From Oculina patagonica (lineage: Eukaryota): DNA of 64,000 nt. Numbering within the stretch: the stretch's first letter is position 1; each line of letters starts with the position of its first letter. The notes beneath the pieces were generated by a model, which saw only the letters and a program-made list of their open reading frames with translations, was not told the origin of the DNA and ran no database searches. The stretch lies in contig NC_135762.1 in NCBI RefSeq assembly GCF_052425735.1, positions 25,110,001-25,174,000 of the forward strand. The letters run 5' to 3'. The position numbers and the translations under genes are program-made. Shown here piece by piece: positions 35,552-45,172 of this stretch.

Positions 35552-35726
35552 CTCCTAGTGTGGTATATGGGCAATAAAAGAAAAACAAAAATATTGGCCA
35601 GAAAGCACTGCCTGGATAGGAAGACTTAGTGTGATTGATAGCACAATCTGGTGCAATCTCGTGGAGTCTTTGTTCTCCTTGACCAGTGATCAGAGTAAGG
35701 AGCAAAACATTGAGGTATAAGAATGA

Positions 35727-35730
<4 letters not shown>

Positions 35731-35779
<49 letters not shown>
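35731..35779. repeat. (GT)n microsatellite
   Basis: Perfect GT dinucleotide run. Confidence 0.95.
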
Positions 35780-35780
<1 letters not shown>

Positions 35781-35896
35781 ATGGGAGAGGGGGGGGGGGG
35801 CAGATCCTCCTGGACCGTGCATGGCTTCCTCCCCTCACCCCCCTTTTTGCCCTGCCATGCACTCCACTCAATCACCCTATACCTTGGAAGGGAGTG

Positions 35897-36046
35897 AGTT
35901 AGAGTGATTTCAGTTAACCCGTGAAATAGTTATTACACTTTTAGATACTATTAAACACAAATTCCATTGTTTTCTTTTGTTTCCGTTCGACTATTACGCA
36001 CAAACTGCTAGATATTGTTTCACGGGTTAAATGAAATCACTCTAAC
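35897..36046. mobile_element. Small MITE
   Basis: TIRs GTTAGAGTGATTTCAGTTAACCCGTGAAA / TTTCACGGGTTAAATGAAATCACTCTAAC. Confidence 0.6.
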
Positions 36047-37551
36047 AGTCTGGTTGCAAAGGAGAGTATAAAACTTCTTCTTAATATGGGCTAAAATCTA
36101 AGCACTCATTCCCTGCCAGGCTTCCGCGCATTTTCTAAACTGGCTAACTATGAAGGACAAAGACGAGGTCCCCTCCAATAATAAAAATTTGCGCAGGCCT
36201 GCAGAGTTAGCATATTGTGACTGGCGCGAGCTACCTCCTATAAATTTTGTTTCCATGAGATCCTCAAATAGACAAGTATAAGGTTGTGAAGAAGCAATAC
36301 TCTATTGTATTTATTGTTCACCAATAAATTTTCCTACAGCTTTGATTTTGGCATAATTTCTAAAAAATATGAGTACTGCTAAAAGCATAAGATGCTTTTT
36401 TGGGCACAATCTACCAAACAGGCTTATGTCCGTCTACCAATTTTAAACTTCAAATTCTAATTTTAAAATCACATTAAATCTCTAATATTCCTATGAAGCA
36501 TTTTCGGATTGCTTTAAAAGCGAGCAAGATATTTCCGTTAAATTCTAATGAGCATTGGAAATTCTAATGAGCCACCTTAAGGGTTAAAAAGCTGTAAATT
36601 TAATAACGGTCAGATGTGGTCAAGTGTTTTTTTTTTGTTCACGCGACCTTGTACCGCGTAGAGGAGTACCGCGTGTACCACGTAGAGGACTACCGTATAC
36701 GCGGAACCGACCGCAAATGACATAGAGACGAATGCAAATGATTCCGCTAAAAAGAGAATGGTGTGGATAGGGGATATCACGGGATAGTTATAGCTTATTG
36801 GCACAAGTACTGTTTTTCTCGAATAATGGTCAATAAGCTATAGTCGTCCGGCCTTGATTATTTACTCGCTCCATGGAATATCCACCCTCTCATTTTGGAG
36901 ATGCTTCTGAAGACCCATGTTTTGACCTCACAAATCATTGTTATGTTTTTAGCGACGCTTATAACAACTCCATTGCGATACCATGTATTTTTCCCTTGAT
37001 CAACAAAACTGGCTTCGTGTAACTTCAAAGCAGATTCTAAACGACACTGCAACTTACGTTGCATATCCTTTGACGTCCCTTTAGTTCAGCGGTATTTTTC
37101 TATAAACAGTTGAAAAAAATAACGGCCACATTTATAGCAGGAAGCCCAAAATATTAAAGTCCCATGACAATCTTTTAAAAAACATTACATTTCTCCGAGC
37201 ACTCTCTAACACCCCCCCCCCCCCCAATAATTAGTTATAATTGTACACTAAAGGGGCTCAAAATCGGAAAAGTTATATCTATAACTAAATATAATTATAA
37301 GCCTTTCTTAAGGGCCTATTCACAGACGGATTTTTTCGTCAGAGATTTGGTGGGAGGGGGCGCCAGGAGGGGCGGGGGTGGGGGTTCGGCATTTTAAGGT
37401 AGTCACAATCATTCAGATGAGTACAAACCCAAGTCTGCGTGAATCAATTTCTTTTCTTTGCGTGACTTTTGACTATCATGGTCACTCACGTTCATGTTTC
37501 ATTGTGTCACAGACAGACACATTATGCTTCTTTTATGCCATTTACGCCAAA

Positions 37552-38481
37552 ATGGAACGAGATCAGCTTACCCCAGACGAAGTAAAGGAATATTTAGCAC
37601 GTATTCACTATACAGGACCCATAGAACCAACGATCGAGGTCTTGTCCGAACTGCAGCGATGTCACATATTATCAGTGCCATTTGAAAACTTGAGTGTGTT
37701 TGGAAAGGAGAAAATAATTCTCTCCAAAGATTGGTTGTTCGACAAAATCGTGCGCAAGCATCGCGGTGGATTTTGCTATGAGCTCAACACGATATATTCT
37801 CTTCTTCTCGACTTTTTTGGATTTAGTCGCAAGCTGCATGCTGGTACAGTGTTCAGTCGCAATCAGTCAGAACGTAAAGGAATGCCGTTTGATCATATGA
37901 TTTTGATGATCAACATTGAAGATGCTCTATGGCTGACTGACGTTGTGGCGACTATCCTGACGCCTCTTCGTTTCAAAATGACAGATCCTCAAGAGAAGGA
38001 GAGTGGAATTTACCGCATCCGAAAAGAGGGAGAAGATTATTTTATCGATGAGAATCTTAAAGAAATTGTTGACGAGTTTGGCCGTGAAGAGCAAAAAGGC
38101 ACCAGCCTTGACGAATTAGCGGCGAGCGAAGCGAGCCAAAGAGCTTTCACAGGCTATGACGAATGGGCCCCCAGATGCAAATTTGATCTCATTCCAAGAA
38201 CCACAGAAGACTTCAATGAGATGTTAAACTACCATCAAACAAACCCAGAGTCGCCATTCACTCACGACCGCATCTGCACCATAGCAACGCCCTCGGGAAG
38301 AATAACTCTTGCTGGTAACAAAGTGGTAACTTCGACATATCTGGGAGAAAACAAAGTTAGAAAAGTAACCAAAGAGCTTCTCGGTGGAGAGGAAGAGATA
38401 GTGAAGGAACTTGAACAGAACTTTGGAATTAGAAAAGAAGCTTGCTTGTATCCTGAGGGATCCTTGTTTTACCGGGATTAA
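37552..38481 (+). CDS. NAT: Arylamine N-acetyltransferase copy 7 (divergent), 309 aa
   Basis: ATG at 37552 aligns with the paralog starts (the ORF track extends upstream from a GTG); RGGFCYELN, DHMIL, DVVAT. Confidence 0.9.
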   Translation: MERDQLTPDEVKEYLARIHYTGPIEPTIEVLSELQRCHILSVPFENLSVFGKEKIILSKDWLFDKIVRKHRGGFCYELNTIYSLLLDFFGFSRKLHAGTVFSRNQSERKGMPFDHMILMINIEDALWLTDVVATILTPLRFKMTDPQEKESGIYRIRKEGEDYFIDENLKEIVDEFGREEQKGTSLDELAASEASQRAFTGYDEWAPRCKFDLIPRTTEDFNEMLNYHQTNPESPFTHDRICTIATPSGRITLAGNKVVTSTYLGENKVRKVTKELLGGEEEIVKELEQNFGIRKEACLYPEGSLFYRD

Positions 38482-39188
38482 AAAAAAAAAACGTTCTCTC
38501 AATACTATAAATTGGGGGGAGGGTGGGGACTCAGCCAAGTTGTATACGAAGAATCTCTACTGGTCCAAGCCCACTTTGACATAAACTCGCAACGGTAACC
38601 TTTTCGTATAACTCCTATCGAAAATGATTGCCCTTTTCACATACCAACAGTTGACACACTGCATGCTTCTCAAATCCTCTGATCGAGTAACACCCTAAAT
38701 TACTTAAAAGTATTGGACAATACCTGGCGGTATTAGATATTTTTAAAAGGTAGTTTTAAATAACTAAATGGCAATTTCTCTACCTTTTTTTATTCTCCAA
38801 CTCGTAAAATCCATTTTTATATACCTTCAGCCTGAGAAGGGCACCCCTTTTGGGCGAAGCCTTATCATACAATCCATTATAGAAAGTACCCCCTCCCCAA
38901 CTTCCCGTGTGTATAAATCTCATGTCAAGAAATAAATTTCGTCGTTTTCATTGGATAGACATCATTACAACACTATAAGCTGAAGAAAGGAAGATAATTG
39001 AAAAGTTACTCCAAAACTTCAGGCTCTGAGAGAAAATCATTTTTAAACACAAATTTTGTAACTGAAATTTACATGTAATCGGACTCAAGAAATGCAGCTT
39101 GGGAAAGCATTTCCCACGTTCGAAATAATGGATTGTAATTTTTTGTAATCCTTAACAATCAGTTAAACATGAATTTTTTTTAACTTAA

Positions 39189-40754
39189 CCCATTGGCGCC
39201 TGTGCCGGCCGTAGCCGGCCGCGCGAAAACCACCCCCAAAATACCTGTGCCGGCCTCAGCCGGCCTTGGAAACCACGTGTTGGCAAATGCCCTTTCCCTC
39301 CCTCCCTTGAGTTTTTTTGGTTCTCCTATTGTTCTATAGATAATAAAGGCAAATAAACCAATCAGAATCCGTTTTCTGCGCATATTTTTAGGGAACTCTA
39401 GGGGTCCTAGAAAGAAGGTTTTTCGTCTTATTCCGTGCGTTGAAAATGTACATGGAAATCATGGAGTCGCGCGGCACGTATTTACAAACTTCCAAGGCCT
39501 TGTTTTTGATTCTGAACAAGAAAAATACCATCTTTTGGACTTAAAACGGAAAGAAGAAACACTATAGAATTTTAAAGTGGCCCTAAAACGGAAAACCATG
39601 GAGTACAGAGTGCTAAAACCTTGTTGATGATGGATTTATCTTTCCTTCCACCGTCGCGAAGACATGGTGTAATGGCGCTTACAAATGTGTTTTGAATTCA
39701 AATCACGGACTTGAACACGGACTAAATGCGGCTTCTCAAGTCTTCTGAGAACGAAATGGTAATGTATTGTTATTGCTTCGAACTTGGATGTAATTTTTTG
39801 AACGATCGGTAAATCCATTTAGTGTACAATTGACTCCAAAAGCTGCCTGCTAAAATTAAAACTTCGCTTTCAACATGAACATGTGAATAATTAATTCCGC
39901 CGTGCAGTACAGCACGGCTCGAAAAATTTCGATATTCTGACGCTTGTGAACAGATTTCTTGATTTCATCCGAACTAAAAATAAATTCTAAACAAAGTTTC
40001 TTTCAAGGTTCTCTCATTTATCCATTTTGAGTCCGGAATTTTAGGCTTTTGAAGGCGAACAGATTTGTTGCGCGCGTGTTGTTATCTGAGATCTTTCTTT
40101 CGGGAGACTTGCTTCTTCATTGTCTAGCTTCGCTTTGTTTTGAATCATGTCTATCGCTTTTGAAAATTACAACAGTGCTTCAGAATATACAAAGGAGTAT
40201 GTCTATTAACATTAATAGTAAACGAACGCGTGGAAAGCGGTCCTAGTGTTCATTTAGTAGTCTGAATTCTGTAATTTTGTAAGCGTTTTTTATGCTTTTC
40301 CACGCCGCCGTGATTTCAAGATAATTTATCATCTCGAATTACCGGTTTTCTGCACCAAGAAAAAAGCTTAGTGTTATTGAATTAATGACAGAGTCAGTTG
40401 TACAGATTGTAAACCTATCTATTACCAGACTATTTTACGATTTTTCTTAAGAATTTGTACAAAGTCTCCGTGTTTTTGCGAGCTCCAAAATGACGCGCGG
40501 AGGTGAATAAAATTTTATCGCTGTCTTTAGTTTGGTTTGGGATCAAGTTATCAAGGCTGATAATCTCTTTAAGTCATAAATTGGTATTTCAACATGTCTA
40601 GTTTTAATAAAAGTTTACTTCAGAAACTACTTGTTTGTCTGAATTTACTGCGCATATGGTTTATTTTTTCCACTCGTACGTTTGCATTCAAAGCCGTAAA
40701 AGAGCCAGGTATTTAGGGGTGGGTGCGTGCGTAAAACCTTCAGGCGTCAATGGG
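39189..40754. mobile_element. Non-autonomous piggyBac-like element (~1.57 kb)
   Basis: TTAA|CCCATTGGCGCCTG ... CAGGCGTCAATGGG|TTAA; no transposase ORF inside. Confidence 0.8.
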
Positions 40755-42652
40755 TTAATTCACATTGTAATGGCATTTTATGAATATAAGTAATGTGCTT
40801 TAGTGAATTTCTCAAAAAAAAAAATCATTTATTGATTTACAATGTATCCAGTATAACATGTTGTCTTAATTTTTTTATAATTTTTGCATATATAAATAGT
40901 CAAGACTCACAGGCAAAACGATGTAAACTGAAAAGTTAGTCTCCTCAATAAATACAACACTTTTTTTTCTAATTTACTGTAACTTCTTCTTACAGTTATA
41001 TGGACTAAATTCTAAGAACTCATACCCTGCCAGGCTTCTGCACATTTTCTAAACTCGCTAATTATGAAGGATGAAGGGCGTAAAATGTGTGTGGGCCAGC
41101 TTAGTTAGACTATTTTGACTTGCCCACACTATGTGTTATGAATTTCGTTTTCCTGAGATTTTCTATAGATTAGTATAGGGTTGGGAAGAAGAAAAACTCA
41201 TTGGGCCAGTCATTAAGGGTTTGGTTATACCCACAACTAAAATAAACACTCTATTGTATTTATTGTTCACCACCAAATTTTCCTACAGCTTTGAGCTTTA
41301 GAATTTTGCAGATTAGATATCCTTCTTTGAGTCAAATTTAATTAAGGGTGGACAAAATAATCTAATATTTATTTGTATTTTAACTGTTGACCTCCAAATA
41401 TGTACAAAACAATAGCTAAAAAGTAAGCTCTTTTTGCAGCCCTGAGGCTTTGTTAGATCACTTGTTGTTTTGCCATGGTTTCAAGACCTAATTCCTGACT
41501 ATAATGGAAGTCCAATGTTCAAGCTATTGTTGCCCTAGGGAGTTTGCAAGGATTTGTTGCCCCATGGAGTTAATGTAGTTTTGAGGCATGTCACAAGGTA
41601 TCTCGTCCAATAAATAACTGCATTTTAATTGGGAGCATAAGAGACAAACCATTTTGATTTTTGAAAGGGAGGGGGGTGGGCAATTATGCAAAAGAAACTA
41701 TTGCACAAGGAAAGTGGAATAAAAAATTATGCACACTAAAAGTAAGCACTGGAAAAAATTCAAAGGAAGCCACACCCACTCTTGGGATTTTTATGAAAAA
41801 AAATTCTTGCAAAGGGTTATGTTGGTAAAAAAATTCTGCAAATACCGATGATGAAAAAAATTCTTACTCAGAAGAAATTGCCCACCCCTCCCCCTCCAAA
41901 AAAATTAAAATAATGGTCCGTCCACAGACAAATCTCTAAGTCTATACACAGCACTTACAGTGAGAACACAAAAACCGTGAACACTTTTTGTTATACCTTG
42001 AATAAGGAAGTAATGGAAAAAGTTGACAAATTATTCACGAAAAATAACCTGCTGGCTCCATCTCTGTCCATTTTTTATATTTCCTGCGGTTTGAGCTATC
42101 ATTCAACGATTTTTTGCAGAAATTTACATATGAAAGATAGAGTTAAGTGTTCACGGTTTTCTGGTTCATACTGTAACGTTGCATGGATTGAGTAAATATT
42201 AAGTTAAGTTACTTTTTACTAGGGCCTCTCTCTATTGATAACAGTTTTAAAAGCTGATGGAGTCACCATGTTGAAATAAAGGCTTACTACAAATAAATTA
42301 GCCTATCCTTAGTACAATACAGTAATGTTTGACTACCAAACTTTGTTATGTACCTTTAAGGCACTTTTAAGACATAAAGAATACTCTTTGTTTTACTAGA
42401 GTATCTGAAGTGTATGTTGACTGTTTAGCAACAAAGCAGATTCACTTTCTCAACTGTGCAGAAAAAGCTCAGTCTATGCACTATAAAATTATTATAAAAT
42501 ACCGGTATCTTGCAAGTACAAGATATTATGACCTGGCACATTAAGGGCAAAAACATTTTGCAGACATGCCATTTAATTTATGTTAAGAGTGCCGGTAATG
42601 TGTCTCTGCACCATGCCTATAGGAACTGTATCTTGTTGCATTTAGCTTCGAC

Positions 42653-44587
42653 TTAAACATACAAAGAGTATAGCGCGTCATCAGAGCCCATCCCCGTTGC
42701 AAGTGGTGCAGGATTCTGTAATCGCCTGGAGACAACGATCTTCATCTTTACAAATCTGAACTCTCCAAAAAATGTGAACATGAACCCTAAAAGACTTAGT
42801 GCCATCAGCCACTCAGAAACATCACCAATCACGTGATGGATGTACGCCTTGCCCTTGGAGTCCCATCGATGTTGGATTGTGGTGCTGTTCATGTGATAGC
42901 GTATCCAGTCTTTAGAAGCGTACGAGGTAGCTGTGGCACATGAAATAAAGAAGATCGACACTGCTATAACGATGAGAAGCCGTAAAGTGAAGAGAGTGTT
43001 GGTTATTAGGCCACACGTCTTCATCTTGTACGAGATAAAGGATTGAATCCAGCAGTAGATAATACCTCCCACAAACACCATGAGTGCACCAATGATGTGG
43101 ATAACTGAAACGGCATCTTCCTGTAGATCAGGTTAACACAAAGAGCATGAAAAAGTTTGACATGATTGTATAATGAAAGGCTTACTACTACGACGCTCCA
43201 AGTTAACGTTTTCCCTTAGTGGCCATTTGGCGACAACCTACAGTATCTATAAAGGTCCCAGGAAAAATCTTAATGAAACGAAAATAAAAGAATAAAAAAG
43301 TGAATAGATCAGCTAACAAAACCCAGAAATTTTGTGGTACTTTTGAAACAACTAATTTTTCAAAGTGAATCCATAACGTACGGGGCATTTATTATCAGTT
43401 CGGACAATAGCTTGGTCCAGTACTGAAGTAATCTTCATGGTTGTCGGGCTGGCAACTTGCTTTACAATTTAGTCGCGAGTTAAAAAATTCTAGTCACCAT
43501 GGCGACTACAATGGTCGCAATTTGGAGAGTTGTATTAGTTTTAGTATGTGCAATCTATCAAGCAACTAAATCCAGGAGGGCTTATTAGCAGAATAAATAA
43601 GAATAAATGAGCCACGTTGTGTTGATCGAAATATGTCTTTAAGTTAAAAACACATAGTAAAGCAACATTTAGCCTGTTCAGTACTGTCATTCGGCAGAAG
43701 GGGGCTTATATTCTGGGTTTTTATAATCAGATGTATTTTTTTGTTTCCAGGGGCGGGGGGGGGGGGGGCTTATCACTGGAATTTTACGGTATTTGGCATG
43801 AGATGTACATGGAATGCACCCTAGCACAGCATGCACGCAAGCCAAATTGTGGAGGGGGGAGGTGTTTTCTGTGTGTGTGTGTGTGTGGGGTGTGTGGAGG
43901 GGGTAGGGATTGACACTCTTCGGCTATCATTAATATAGCATCACTGTCTAATGCCAATAGACCTTTCCCACACTCCAACGAACAATGGCACCGAGTCGAG
44001 GTTAGGGTGGACAAAAATACATGAAATAAATGAAAATGTCCACCCCAACCTCGTTACGATACTATTGTTGGTATACACTGGCGTGGAATGCGGGAAAGGT
44101 CGATTTAAAACTTGTTTCACTTTGTTAATAGCGTCATCACCGCCACCTAGAAGAAAAGTTCCCCCCCCCCCCCACCTGGGAGTTTCCCCAGCTCTCACCG
44201 CTCTACCTGGATGAAAGACATAAAAGCTTCTTGCCTGCTCACCTGAAAATTCGCCACTATGCTTGCACCAAGACTAGAAACTATGCCAAAGAACAAGGCC
44301 ACTTTGTTGAGCCTGATAACGATATTTCTGTCCCTCTCGTTCCAGTCAGCGTCATGTCTCAACTGAAGATATCGTACAAATGCTGTTATCAGCCCCAACA
44401 CAGAACAAAAATTGAATAACAGTCCGAAAACATTGCTTTCTGGTCTGTGATCCGCTGTATCGCTGATAGCCGGAAACCACGACGTATCGTTGCGAGCAAA
44501 GGAGATAATGTAGGTTACGACGAACGTCACTAAAGAGAGGACGGCCAGAAGAAGCGGAAGGAACCCAAGACCACAGCGGCGACACAT
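42653..44587 (-). CDS. DRAM: DNA damage-regulated autophagy modulator (DRAM/TMEM150, Frag1-DRAM-Sfk1 family), 270 aa
   Basis: Exons 44587-44243 and 43120-42653 (phase 0). Motifs GLGFLP, P.ISDT, PESNVFG, VRYLQ, LNKVAL, IVANFQ, H..GA, WIQS, SEW match DRAM1/2. Confidence 0.9.
43956..44104. mobile_element. MITE in DRAM intron
   Basis: TIRs AATAGACCTTTCCC / GGGAAAGGTCGATT and internal inverted GAGGTTAGGGTGGACA / TGTCCACCCCAACCTC. Confidence 0.6.
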
Positions 44588-45172
44588 GGCAAAGACTAGA
44601 TGGGCTAGTTTCAAAAAGGAAGTCGATCTAAGCGCTGAAAATAACGTAGTTATCCGTCAGGTGATTGAAAGAGCATTGCTATTTTCGAAACTATACAGGA
44701 AAATGACTCAAATGCACGTGATATCACTTCTGTGAAAGGTCAACATCGAGGAAAAAGAAAGCGAAACTTATTCACAAGACGCTGACTGTGTAAATCTCCG
44801 TGTTGCGGAGGAAGCTTGGTGACGTTTGGCTATAACTGAAAGTTTTTCTAGGGAGGGGAGGGTATGAGTAACGTGATATTTGAGTTTACCATAAGCCGTG
44901 TAAAAAAAATCAACAGAGTTAACTATTTTGTACAGAAGGAATTGAGTCTTATTATTAATAACATACAAAATTTAATGATTATTTTTCAAAATTTATCCTT
45001 AAATTTCCCCAGTAAGGAAAATCCTCTCTACTATACTACCCACGGAGGAAAATTAGCAGCATGCCACGTTCCAAAGCGAGGTTAAAAAATTTTAGCGCGC
45101 GAAGTTTGGGAACCAAAACAGTGAGATTTCTGCGGATCGAGCTTCCAAGCTCCTTGAAAAACATATTTTAGA
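44588..45172. promoter_or_regulatory. Putative bidirectional promoter DRAM/DDX11
   Basis: Start codons diverge 585 bp apart; TGACTCA (44704-44710), CACGTG (44715-44720), E2F-like TTTAGCGCGCGAA (45091-45103). Confidence 0.55.

Noticed and set aside
36873-37022. 49-codon ORF (MEYPPSHFGD...) kept in both duplicated upstream regions (also ~32727)
   Set aside because: Retention is expected after a recent duplication; most differences change the amino acid and no family is recognisable
37378-37551. 58-aa N-terminal extension of NAT copy 7
   Set aside because: Starts at GTG, is absent from paralogs, and the homologous region before copy 6 is not an open frame
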